Positions 42,168 through 52,064 of a stretch of 64,000 nt of DNA are shown here, piece by piece. Below the pieces are notes generated by a model, which was given only the letters and a program-made list of their open reading frames with translations, was not told the DNA's origin and did not search any database. A program made the translations under genes and the position numbers. Within the stretch, counting starts at the first letter, position 1. Each line of letters starts with the position of its first letter. Source of the DNA: Candidatus Bathyarchaeota archaeon. Its GTDB lineage: Archaea; Thermoproteota; Bathyarchaeia; 40CM-2-53-6. Where the stretch lies: assembly GCA_963833125.1 (NCBI GenBank), contig CAWHWX010000016.1:224001-288000 (forward strand), read 5' to 3'.

Positions 42168-43958
42168 TCACTTAGCGGTTTCCACTATTTCCTTGGTCAA
42201 TGTTTGGAATTGTTCGTCCATTCCTGACGAGAGCCCTTTTGCGAATTCTTTGAACGTTTCGGAGGGCTGTATCTTGGCGCGTGCGATGTCGTTCTTTGCG
42301 GGAAGTTCGAGGGCTCGCTGTAATGGTACCCCTTTCTCTGTGGATTCCTTCATCTTCTCGTAGAACTTCATTATTAGCGACATGAGGAGGGCGGTTTTCT
42401 CTGGGGAGCAGTAGCTGTCCACTGGGTGGAGTGCGCTCTGTATGAGGAAGTCTTCTTTGATCATTCGTGCCGCTTCGAGGACTACTCTCTGAGACTCTGA
42501 TAGGGCATCTGGCCCAACTAGCATGACAATCTCGCGAAGTTCTTCGTCTCTCTGCAATAGCGCCATCCCTTCCTTTCTTAGCCTGGACCATTCGGGGCCG
42601 ATTTTGGTTTGGTACCAGTTCTCTAGTGACTCTAGGTAGAGGGAGTAACTAGTCAACCAGTCAATAGCGGGGAAGTGTCTGCGCTCGGCCAGTGGCTTGC
42701 TGAGTGCCCAGAATACTTTCACGATTCTAAGCGTGTTTTGTGTTACGGGCTCTGAGAAATCTCCACCTGATGGGGAGACTGCGCCCACAACCGAGACGGA
42801 ACCAAGCTTGTTCTCCTCGCGACCAATCACCTTCACTCTGCCAGCCCTTTCGTAGATTTCAGCCAACCGAGACGCCAAATAGGCTGGGTAGCCTTCCTCT
42901 CCAGGCATCTCCTCCAATCGTCCGGACACTTCGCGCAATGCTTCAGCCCACCTTGACGTTGAATCAGCCATCAGTGCCACATCATAACCCATATCCCGGA
43001 AATATTCAGCAAGTGTTACTCCTGTGTACATGCTCGCTTCCCGGGCGGCTATTGGCATGTTCGATGTATTTGCTACTAGGAGAGTGCGTTCCATCAAAGG
43101 CTGTCCCGAGCGAGGGTCTTTCAGCTCGGGGAAGGTTTCGAGAACCTCAGTCATTTCGTTTCCACGTTCACCGCAACCCACATACACTATTACATCAGCG
43201 TCCGCCCATTTCGCGAGTTGGTGTTGGGTTATGGTTTTTCCCGTGCCGAAATCGCCCGGAATTGCAGCCGTTCCGCCTTTCGCGATCGGGAAGAAGAAGT
43301 CGATGATGCGTTGTCCGGTGATTAGAGGTGTGTCGGACGGAACCTTTTCACGGTTGGGGCGCGGACTTCGAACAGGCCAGGTATGCATGAGAAAGAGCTT
43401 GTTCGTTGATTGGCCAGTTTCGACTTCAGCAATTGGATCTTCGAGAGTGTAACTGCCCTTTGAGACAATTGATTTCAGTGTGCCGGAGATGTTTGGAGGA
43501 ACCAACACGCGATGCTTTACCAGCACCGTCTCAGGGACCTCGCCGAGTACGTCCCCGCCGGTTACTTTGTCACCTTTGTTCAGTAGCGGGGTGAACTCCC
43601 ACTTCCTTTTACGATCAAGGGCAGGTGCTGTGACTCCTCTGTGGATGAATGCACCCTGTTCCTTCAATAGTACTGGGAGGGGCCTTTGTGTTCCGTCAAA
43701 AAATTGATTGATCAATCCCGGTCCGAGTTCGACTGACAGCGGGTGCCCTGTTCGTTCTACTGTTTCTCCGGGTTTGATTCCAGTTGTCTCCTCGTAAACC
43801 TGAATCGTGGCTCGGTCCGCTTGGACTCGAATTATTTCGCCAATTAAGCCCGAATTACCCACTTTGACGAGCTCGTACATGCGGGCTCCGAGCATACCTG
43901 ACGCGACGACAACTGGCCCAGCGACTCGATCAATTTTTCCTGGTTTGAACTCCGACAA
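42168..43958 (-). CDS. atpA: A/V-type ATP synthase subunit A
   Basis: PGDFGTGKT Walker [10 protein letters not shown] and [13 protein letters not shown] motifs; no intein. Confidence 0.97.
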   Translation of the reverse strand: MSEFKPGKIDRVAGPVVVASGMLGARMYELVKVGNSGLIGEIIRVQADRATIQVYEETTGIKPGETVERTGHPLSVELGPGLINQFFDGTQRPLPVLLKEQGAFIHRGVTAPALDRKRKWEFTPLLNKGDKVTGGDVLGEVPETVLVKHRVLVPPNISGTLKSIVSKGSYTLEDPIAEVETGQSTNKLFLMHTWPVRSPRPNREKVPSDTPLITGQRIIDFFFPIAKGGTAAIPGDFGTGKTITQHQLAKWADADVIVYVGCGERGNEMTEVLETFPELKDPRSGQPLMERTLLVANTSNMPIAAREASMYTGVTLAEYFRDMGYDVALMADSTSRWAEALREVSGRLEEMPGEEGYPAYLASRLAEIYERAGRVKVIGREENKLGSVSVVGAVSPSGGDFSEPVTQNTLRIVKVFWALSKPLAERRHFPAIDWLTSYSLYLESLENWYQTKIGPEWSRLRKEGMALLQRDEELREIVMLVGPDALSESQRVVLEAARMIKEDFLIQSALHPVDSYCSPEKTALLMSLIMKFYEKMKESTEKGVPLQRALELPAKNDIARAKIQPSETFKEFAKGLSSGMDEQFQTLTKEIVETAK

Positions 43959-44075
43959 AGTTAGTTTCCTCAGAATTGGGCGGGCGAGTCATACTAGAGG
44001 TTCTTACTTATTGCTTTCGTTGCAAGTAGTCGTTGCTTCAGGACGCCATGAATCTTGGATGCAACTTCTTGCTAA

Positions 44076-45083
44076 TCAATGAATTAGGTGTTTACCCGCA
44101 TCCATAATCTGTTTGCCATCGATCCAGATGCTACAGTTCAACATGATTCCATCGACATGAGTTTTCGCCTGCCAGTTTGCGCCGGTCTCTTCGGCGTACG
44201 GATCTCCGAATGCGCAGTGGACTGAAGGGATTTTTTCGTCTTGAAGCAGGTTTCCGGTCAACCTTTCAAGGAATATGTTGGTGCCAATAGCGAATTCCCC
44301 CAGCCGATTTCCATTCGGGTCCGATCGAACATAGTCCAAGAATTCTCTTCGCAGTTCTTCATTCCTGCATTTAACCGTAGTGAAATCGATTCGAGAGTCT
44401 TTAACGAGAAGAGTTACGGGAGTCTCTTTGATGACGCCGTATTTGGGGCTGAACCAGTCGCCAAGTTCGTCAATGACCATTTTTCCATTGGCCTTGAAAG
44501 CTGCGGTATAGATTTCTCCGTCGGGAAGGTTACCCCACTTACCCTTATCGTGATATAACCCGTCGGAGACGATCCACCTCCAGCCAGGATGGAATTCTGC
44601 GATAAAATCGGTGCCAGATTTGTTGCTCACCCGGGCACTCTTACAGGCTTTGACTGCTTGGTCAACCTTCTTCGTCAGCTCCGAGATCTTCTGGTAGTCC
44701 GCACACATGCCTGTCTCCATAAGCTCCTTTGTGATGCTGGGCATGTGACCATGGCGAGCGTACTTGATCGCTGTGCGTATGAACGGACCTCTTACGGCAA
44801 GTTCTCCACGCATGCTCTTTGCCGCGTAGAATGTGACGTTTGCCCAAGGCATTGATTCGAGGACTTCTTTCGGAATTTCTTTCGCAGGCCGTTCCGTGTA
44901 GTCCTCGAGCACGAAAGTCTTGACATTTCCCTTCGAGACTTTTTCAGCTGCTTGTGAAATCGCCTCCCCAACCTCCAAGGTTTCACGGTCAGTTAGAATA
45001 AGGACATGTTCCCCTTTGTTCACGGCCATGCAGGTTTCGACCGCGTTCCTTGCGCCTTCATGCAGACTACCCAAGTTTTTCAA
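44076..45083 (-). CDS. M29-family aminopeptidase
   Basis: NLPDGEIY, GEFAIGTN, DEKIPSVHCAFG and THVDG motifs. Confidence 0.88.
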   Translation of the reverse strand: MKNLGSLHEGARNAVETCMAVNKGEHVLILTDRETLEVGEAISQAAEKVSKGNVKTFVLEDYTERPAKEIPKEVLESMPWANVTFYAAKSMRGELAVRGPFIRTAIKYARHGHMPSITKELMETGMCADYQKISELTKKVDQAVKACKSARVSNKSGTDFIAEFHPGWRWIVSDGLYHDKGKWGNLPDGEIYTAAFKANGKMVIDELGDWFSPKYGVIKETPVTLLVKDSRIDFTTVKCRNEELRREFLDYVRSDPNGNRLGEFAIGTNIFLERLTGNLLQDEKIPSVHCAFGDPYAEETGANWQAKTHVDGIMLNCSIWIDGKQIMDAGKHLIH

Positions 45084-45201
45084 TACTCCAATCTAGAGAT
45101 TGGTCCGTTTGACCTTAGTCGCCATCGCATCCGGAAGCGATGCGTGAAGTGGACTCTGCGCCGATTCATGGGTGCAAGGGCAAGGGTCAAAGCCATAACA
45201 T

Positions 45202-45834
45202 TTGTTCTTTTACTATATAGCAGGAATTGTGGAGGGGAAGCGGTTTCTAGATTTCATGTCAAGCCTTGGCCGGGTCAAGATGATTCCGAGAAGCGGATGG
45301 ATCAGCCATGGAGTCAGCCTTCAAGACGTCGAGTCTGTCGCAGATCATTCTTTCTCAACCACTGTCCTTGCGATGTTACTCGCCGATCTTGAAGTTGCGA
45401 ATGGTCGTAGCGTCAATGTGGAACGAGTGCTTCGTCTAGCCTTGCTCCATGATCTTCCGGAGACATTGACATTCGACATAAGCAAATCCTACTTGGAATA
45501 TCTAGGGGTAAGAGGCGAAGCAATCAAGAGCGAGCTGGAGCAAGCCGCCTTGAAGCATTTGGTCAAAGGTATTGAGAAAGAGGAAATTAGGAAGCGGTAT
45601 ACACTTCTTCAGTCAGAGTTTAATGCTGGACAAACCATTGAGTCAAGGATTGTTCACGCCGCTGACCGATTGGATATACTACTGCAAATTGTGGAATACC
45701 GCCGAAGAGGCTACCCAAAAGCAATCCTCGTAGATCTATGGGAGAGCACTAGCCAAAAGCTGCAAGGCTCAAAGCTCTCTTCTGTGAGGAAATTGTATAG
45801 GGAGGCGGTTCGGCTCTACAAGAACATTTCTTGA
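45202..45834 (+). CDS. HD-domain hydrolase (5'-deoxynucleotidase-like)
   Basis: PRSGW, ESVADHS, LLHDL and ADRLD motifs. Confidence 0.88.
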   Translation: MFFYYIAGIVEGKRFLDFMSSLGRVKMIPRSGWISHGVSLQDVESVADHSFSTTVLAMLLADLEVANGRSVNVERVLRLALLHDLPETLTFDISKSYLEYLGVRGEAIKSELEQAALKHLVKGIEKEEIRKRYTLLQSEFNAGQTIESRIVHAADRLDILLQIVEYRRRGYPKAILVDLWESTSQKLQGSKLSSVRKLYREAVRLYKNIS

Positions 45835-45838
45835 ATAG

Positions 45839-46276
45839 TTAAATGATGTGAATGTAACTGGAGGGCAATTGCACAACTCCCGCTCCATTCTCATATATCC
45901 AAATCCCGAACTCTTCAGACTTGGGGTCCGCCACCAAAGACACAGTGTAAGCGGAAAATTGGCAGAATTGCATGTGAGTCTCTACATCGGTTTGCGAAAG
46001 AAACAAACCGTGTCCTGGATGTGAGTGGTACCAGCCAACGATTCTTCCGTCGATTCTCCCTTCAACAATGTCAGTTGCCACCTGTGCAATTCGTTGAGGG
46101 GGAAAGGAACAGGAGACTTCGCTTATTTCCGTCCCACCCGGAATCGTGTCGTTGACCCAGAGAGACGAATCTTGCAAAGTGCCCATGAGCAGCCCAATGC
46201 GCTCAAATGGTCGATTTAGGTCCCGTGAAATTCGGTCGATTACACGGTTTGTAATGAATACCTTGAACACCATCAA
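45839..46276 (-). CDS. JAMM/MPN+ metalloprotease (Rpn11-like motif)
   Basis: ERIGLLMG and GWYHSHPGHGLFLSQTD motifs. Confidence 0.88.
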   Translation of the reverse strand: MMVFKVFITNRVIDRISRDLNRPFERIGLLMGTLQDSSLWVNDTIPGGTEISEVSCSFPPQRIAQVATDIVEGRIDGRIVGWYHSHPGHGLFLSQTDVETHMQFCQFSAYTVSLVADPKSEEFGIWIYENGAGVVQLPSSYIHII

Positions 46277-46490
46277 TCACGGGTCCGGGCGATAGGGGGC
46301 CAGTTGCAAGATAAGATTTCAACCTTAAACCCGAATGAAAAATGTTCCAGGGTGCTGGGCTTTGACCATATATCTGTTCATTAAACGCCACTGATGGAGA
46401 GGCCCTGTTCTAATCTGTGAACGGCCTGTTCAAAACCATGGGGTTATTGCGTTCCCATGCCATAAGCTAGCCTAAAGGAGGTTTGATTAT

Positions 46491-47234
46491 TTGAGCGAAA
46501 TTGCCGGTCGACGAGTTTACTATCTAATCGCCTTAGCCATAATTGCAATGGTGTTAGTGAGCGCAGTCGCATTAACCCGCCCCCCACTAACCTCTGTAAC
46601 GAGCTCTGCCGCAAAGACAATTCAGGTTACTGGGACTGGAACCGTCTCCGCATCACCTGACCAAGCCATTCTCTACCTCGGCGTTCAAACCCAGGCAGCC
46701 ACTGCTACCCAGGCCACCACAGATAACGCGATGGCCATGACAAACGTGATCACTGCTCTCACCAACGCTGGAATAGACAAGAATTCGATTCAGACCGTCT
46801 CATACACACTGACCCCAACGTACTCCAATCCCGTCAACCAAAGCGTACCGCCCGCTATCATCGGTTACATCGCCATAAACCAAATTCAGGTAACCGTGAA
46901 CGACCTAGGGTCTATAGGCAAAATCCTAGATCAAGCAATCTCCGCAGGAGCGAACCAAGTTCAAGGAGTCTCTTTCACACTCTCAAGCTCCACTCTTGCC
47001 ACAATACAAAATCAAGCGCTACAACTAGCCCTAACTGACGCAGACGGTCAAGCCAAGGCATTGGCAACAACACTAGGAGTTACCATTGTTGGTCCCACCT
47101 CGGTTACGCCGGGATACGAATTCCAACCCACAAATTACAGCCGATTCGCAGCGACCCCACAGGCACAGACACCAATACAAACAGGCACGTTACAGGTGAC
47201 GGCAACGGTGCAAGTAACCTACGCCTTCACGTAG
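46491..47234 (+). CDS. SIMPL (DUF541) domain protein
   Basis: N-terminal TM, IQVTGTGTV..SPDQA and AGANQVQGVSF motifs. Confidence 0.88.
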   Translation: MSEIAGRRVYYLIALAIIAMVLVSAVALTRPPLTSVTSSAAKTIQVTGTGTVSASPDQAILYLGVQTQAATATQATTDNAMAMTNVITALTNAGIDKNSIQTVSYTLTPTYSNPVNQSVPPAIIGYIAINQIQVTVNDLGSIGKILDQAISAGANQVQGVSFTLSSSTLATIQNQALQLALTDADGQAKALATTLGVTIVGPTSVTPGYEFQPTNYSRFAATPQAQTPIQTGTLQVTATVQVTYAFT

Positions 47235-47244
47235 CATACAGACC

Positions 47245-47886
47245 CTAGCGGCCCAATAAGTGAGGCGTGATGAATGTCTCAATGTACGCCGCAACAGCGA
47301 ACAAAGCTACCGACAACAAAGACAGCGTGACCGTATCCTTAACCCCCTCTATCAGAAGCGGCCGGTCAACTGACTGGCCGCTTAACCTTGCGTATAACGC
47401 ACGGCTTGTACTGACATGCCATCTCGCAAGCCCGACGAACTCAAGTATGAACGCAGGTATTTCGATAACCCCATGCGGGAGTAGCCCGGCCGCTGTATAG
47501 ACGGGGCCTTTTGTCATTCCAACGAAAGCCGCCACTCCGCCAATCACGACGGCGTTTAGCAAGAGTTCATACCCCAGCTCGAACGCGCCGATGAAAGGTA
47601 TCCACACCCAAAGTCGAATGGGGTTCCAAAAGTGGCCGATATTATTCAGAAAAATAAAACGGTAAAGGCTGTTCGAGTATGGTGGCGGAATCGCTATGTA
47701 ACTTCCCGCCGACTCTAACCACCCTTGCAATCCGTTCACCAGACCTGGAGATGTGAGTAGTACGGCATAGGCTACTAGAGCTGTGATGATCATTATTGCA
47801 AAGAAAGTGACCGCTATGGCTACGATCAAAAGGCGGTTTCGTTGAAATGTTTTCCTTACCGGATCCGTAAGGCGCATAGATCGCAC
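47245..47886 (-). CDS. Stage II sporulation protein M family membrane protein
   Basis: IFLNN, LLPHGVIEIPA and AAYIETFITP motifs. Confidence 0.85.
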   Translation of the reverse strand: MRSMRLTDPVRKTFQRNRLLIVAIAVTFFAIMIITALVAYAVLLTSPGLVNGLQGWLESAGSYIAIPPPYSNSLYRFIFLNNIGHFWNPIRLWVWIPFIGAFELGYELLLNAVVIGGVAAFVGMTKGPVYTAAGLLPHGVIEIPAFILEFVGLARWHVSTSRALYARLSGQSVDRPLLIEGVKDTVTLSLLSVALFAVAAYIETFITPHLLGR

Positions 47887-48777
47887 CTAAGTTGTCTGGG
47901 CTCTTCCGCAGCTCGGGCAAAACCGGGCGCTGCGCGGGACAGTAGCACCGCATGTTCCGCAAGGTTTTGTGGCTTCCTGTGGTAATAGTGAATTCAGAAT
48001 TTGATCCTCGAACTTACTTTGGTCTGAGAAGTGCTCATTGTAATCATTAAGCAATGTGTAAAACCAGTATACCCAAAAAAGTCCAGCCGTTATTGCTGAA
48101 AGTATTATGAAAAGAAACGGGTCTCTCTTGTGGAACCTGTAAGGAGAAAAAGTTGGAGGCTGAACGCCCGCATCGCTAAAGGCGTTGGCAAGTGTAACCT
48201 GATAACTGGACTGGAGATCATCATGTCTGCTGAGGTCTTGGGTTAGATTGTATGCTGCGAGTAGACCAACGATCGGCGTCACAAATAGAAATAGCACTGC
48301 CCAAAGACCGGCGGGCCTATCGCGTTCGCCATAAGCCGAATCTTCTGTTAATTGGCCAAGCCGTGAGATGTGTTCTGAGGCCGGCGCTTTCGTGAGGAGG
48401 TACCGCTGTAATGTGGAGAATAACAGTTGCTGCCGACCGAAATGTCGGTTTCGACGATCTATCATGAAATAGAAGGCTAGAGCGCCGAAAAGAAGTACCA
48501 CGTAGAATAGAGTGATCGCTAGGCCGTAGAGTGCGAAGACTTCCCCGACAATAGGCGTTATGGCATTTTGTGTATTTTGTGGTTGAGTGAAGCTACTGAT
48601 CCGAGGTAAGACTGAAACTAAAACGCCAATCAGTGATGCTCCGATAACGATAGCTGCTAGTGCGGGAAGTATGGGAATTATCATCCATATGTTACCCATC
48701 CTGCGGTCCGTAGAAGTCCGTCTCCGGACTAACTCCTCTATACGTAACAGGGCTGGGTCGATGTGGGAGGCCACTTT
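47887..48777 (-). CDS. DUF4234-like membrane protein with C-terminal zinc ribbon
   Basis: TMs, ILSAITAGLFWVYW, CGTCG...FCPSCG; start placed near GTG 48774 because the called 5' extension overlaps the Lrp gene. Confidence 0.75.
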   Translation of the reverse strand, partial: KVASHIDPALLRIEELVRRRTSTDRRMGNIWMIIPILPALAAIVIGASLIGVLVSVLPRISSFTQPQNTQNAITPIVGEVFALYGLAITLFYVVLLFGALAFYFMIDRRNRHFGRQQLLFSTLQRYLLTKAPASEHISRLGQLTEDSAYGERDRPAGLWAVLFLFVTPIVGLLAAYNLTQDLSRHDDLQSSYQVTLANAFSDAGVQPPTFSPYRFHKRDPFLFIILSAITAGLFWVYWFYTLLNDYNEHFSDQSKFEDQILNSLLPQEATKPCGTCGATVPRSARFCPSCGRAQTT

Positions 48778-48859
48778 TATGCCTCCTGCCATATTCGGCC
48801 GGAAATTAGGGATAATCTCATAATAGTCCTCCACACTACCCTTAGCTGGGTTAAGTTCG

Positions 48860-49096
48860 ATGCCAAAGGCTTTCGTCTTTATGAATATTGACGCCGGCTC
48901 AGAGAACGAGATTCTGAAGAGTCTCCGGGATGTTCCCGAAGTCAAGGAATCCTATTTTGTCTATGGGGTGTACGATGTGGTGGCGAAAATCGAAACTGAC
49001 TCGATGGATCGCCTCAAAGAAGTCATTACCTGGAAAGTGCGAAGACTCGACAAGATCCGCTCAACATTAACAACGATCGTCAGCGAAGGAAAATAA
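48860..49096 (+). CDS. Stand-alone Lrp/AsnC ligand-binding-domain protein
   Basis: MPKAFVFMN, VYGVYDVVAKI and IRSTLT motifs. Confidence 0.88.
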   Translation: MPKAFVFMNIDAGSENEILKSLRDVPEVKESYFVYGVYDVVAKIETDSMDRLKEVITWKVRRLDKIRSTLTTIVSEGK

Positions 49097-49192
49097 CTCC
49101 CACAAGACCAATTGTGGGACTAACGTAACCTACGCGCCTCAAGTTCGGCGTCGTTCACGTTATCTGAGTAGTGGTCTCTTCTACTAGCGACC

Positions 49193-50351
49193 TTACCTGT
49201 ATGGTAGAAACTCCCTGCCAAGCAACTCTCGCGCAACGACAATCTTGTTGATATCGGTTGTTCCATCCCCAATCATCGCGCCTGCGAATCTCTCTCAAAC
49301 GATACTCGTCCATACACTCTGTTGTATACCCGATTGCACCCCGATTTTGAAGACAATTGTTCACAATGCCAAAGCACAGCTGGGGGACATACCACTTAAT
49401 CATGGCCGAATCCTTGGTTATCTTATGGCCTTTATCTTTCAGCCACAATGTTCTGTAGCAAAGTAGCCGAGCCGCCTCTAGCTCCGTGTAGCCCTCTACT
49501 AAGCGAGATTGAACAGATTCGTATTTCGCTATAGGGCGTCCAAATGCAGTTCGTTGTTTCGCGTATTCGATGCCTTCCTCTATTGAACTCTCTGTCAAAC
49601 CAATACACCACACAGCGATAAGAGACCTCATTAGGTCGAAGGTCTCCATCACATAGTGGAAGCCCTGGTTCTCCTCACCAATTAGATTCGATGCAGGTAT
49701 AGTAACGTCCTTTAGCACGATTCCTCCAAACGAGAACAGTCTCCATCCCAGTGCATCGAAATCGTACTTTTCGATCCCGGGTCTATTCATCTCAACGAAG
49801 AACATGCTTACGCCTTTAGCCCCTTTCTCGACATCGGTCTTGGCAAGGAGGCAATACGCGCCGCATTCGTTAACACCGGTGATGAATTGTTTTTCCCCAT
49901 TCAGGACATAGGTGTCTCCTTTTCTCGTTGCACGGGTCGTTATCGCTGCCGCATCAGAGCCCGTCGACGGCTCCGTATTGGCTATGCCCAGCATCCGTTC
50001 TCCTCTCGCCATTGCCGGAAGCCATTCTTTCTTCAGTGGTCCTGGACCATGCAGCGCAAGGATCTCACCCATTATATCGCTGAGTGGAATCTGCCACCCT
50101 GCGCGAGCAATCTCCTCGACCAGGATGCCCATCGTCACCGCATCGCTCTCTTGTCCACCGAACTCCTTTGGAAACCTTAAACCAAGAAGCCCAGCATTTC
50201 CCATCTTTCTGTAGAGCTCCCATGGAAATTCCCTCTTTCTCTCGTAGTCCCGAATCTTGGGGCTGATCTCTTTCTTCGCAAACTCTCGAACGGTCCTGCG
50301 GAAAAGTTCCTGTTCTTCGCTAAAGTCAAAGTTCAACGGCAAACCAGTCAC
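49193..50351 (-). CDS. Acyl-CoA dehydrogenase
   Basis: NTEPSTGSDA, LNGEKQFIT and QRTAFGRPI motifs; C-terminal indel. Confidence 0.92.
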
Positions 50352-50498
50352 ATCGGGAATGTGTGTTAGCTTTTCATCGCTTCTTAAGCTTGACGAGAAC
50401 AGTCCTTTGCTTCTGAATGTCGCAAAGAAATTTGAAGAGGCCAGATGAGGGAGTTGCGGGGTAGCTTTATAACGAAAGATAACTTTTCGCAGTCACTC

Positions 50499-50907
50499 GT
50501 GGACGAGGCCCAAGTTTTGGACGAGCTTGAGCAGATCCGAGAAAAAAAGCTACGAGAGTTGAAAAATCAAATGTCGACACCTAAAATCGAGAAACCGATC
50601 GTAGTGAGCGATCGAAACTTCGATCAGACCGTGAAAAATTACCCCTTGATCGTAGTCGATTGCTGGGCGGCGTGGTGTGCGCCATGTCGCGCAATCGCTC
50701 CGATTGTTGAGGAACTAGCGAAAGAGTACAGTGGGAAGGTCGTTTTCGGCAAGCTCAACGTCGACGAGAATCCCGAGACCGCCCAACGATTCGGCGTGAT
50801 GGCGATACCAACGCTGCTGGTGATGAAGGAAGGTAAGGAAGTAGACCGCGTCGTAGGAATGCTTCCTAAGAACCAGCTGGAAGCGAAAGTAATCACTTAC
50901 GCAGTAG
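50499..50907 (+). CDS. trxA: Thioredoxin
   Basis: WAAWCAPC and AIPTLL motifs; removing one base at 50903 gives stop TAG at 50905-50907. Confidence 0.88.
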
Positions 50908-51371
50908 GCAGACCACGGCGTCACAGGGTTCTCCGGCGGACACCTGTATCCATACTTACTGCATAGTGAGCGTGCAAAGTGATCCGGTGTTACTTCCTCG
51001 CTCCGGCCGATTGTCAAACAATCCACCAAGTGTTTTGTTTCGTGGAATATGATGTATTCGCGCATTTGTGAATAGGCTTCCTCAGAGATGTGGATGCTGT
51101 ACGGATCAGCAGTGAAGTAGAATCCTCTGAGCGGCCCCGCTCCTGGGTAGATATCTACATGAATTGTTTGCTCGAGACGAACTCCTAGCTCCGATAAAAC
51201 AAGGTTCACAAGTCGGCAAGTCTCAACATTGTGAGTTACTGACTCGGTCTCTGTGCGAGTTTCTGAAAGGGGGACCCCACAGGTCGAGCAGAAACCAGCA
51301 TCAGTCTTCTGAACCTCATTTTTGCGACTGAAGATCGCCATCGCCTTGAGAAAGGCTTTGTTTGCAATCAC
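50897..51371 (-). CDS. Zn-ribbon + HExxH metallopeptidase-like protein (ImmA/IrrE-like)
   Basis: FCSTCG, IIFHETKHL and EE..PDHFA motifs; the same 1-nt correction gives a stop at 50897. Confidence 0.6.
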
Positions 51372-51482
51372 TGAGGACTATACCTACCTGACGCAGGTGA
51401 AATCGAACACGGTTAAGAGGCTGCTGTGGGATGTTGCATTGAACAAGTAAAAAAGAGTCGCGAGGGGTCTTATTGGCGGTAT

Positions 51483-51998
51483 ATGAATTCGAGGGGCGGC
51501 GTGCCTTCGATCGCATCGAATGCCTATGTCGATGAAGACGCCAAGGTTTTGGGTGATGTCAAGATCGGCGAACAATGTTTCATCGGTCCTGGTGCTAGGA
51601 TCAGGGGTGATTACGGGACCATTATGATTGGTAACAAAACCAGCGTACAGGAGAATTGCGTCCTTCACGCACGCATCAACGAAACATGCTCTGTAGGGAA
51701 CCATGTTCAGATCGGACATGGCGCTCTGCTTCACAACTGTACCGTCAAGGATTATGCTGTGATTGGCGTGGGCGCTATTGTAAGCGATTATGCGTCGGTG
51801 GGGGTTTGGAGTATCGTTGCGGAGGGTGCGGTTGTTGTTAGTAATCAGTCGATACCCGACGGCAAGGTCGCAGTCGGCGTGCCCGCCAAAATTATTCGTG
51901 ATGTCTCTGATTCCGACAAGCTGCTCTGGAGCAAGTACAAAGACGCATATGCAGATCTCGCGTTGCGATACCCGAAAGGCCTGAAAAGAGTACGATAG
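51483..51998 (+). CDS. Gamma-class carbonic anhydrase family protein
   Basis: IRGDYG, QENCVLH and IGHGALLHNC hexapeptide repeats. Confidence 0.88.
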   Translation: MNSRGGVPSIASNAYVDEDAKVLGDVKIGEQCFIGPGARIRGDYGTIMIGNKTSVQENCVLHARINETCSVGNHVQIGHGALLHNCTVKDYAVIGVGAIVSDYASVGVWSIVAEGAVVVSNQSIPDGKVAVGVPAKIIRDVSDSDKLLWSKYKDAYADLALRYPKGLKRVR

Positions 51999-52064
51999 TT
52001 AGGCGCAGCGTTAGCGGTTGGGTATCGGTAACGTTAATCTAACCAACACCATAATCACAGTTGA

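Noticed and set aside
42168-43958. Intein in ATP synthase subunit A
   Set aside because: The length is normal (596 aa) and Walker A continues directly into conserved sequence
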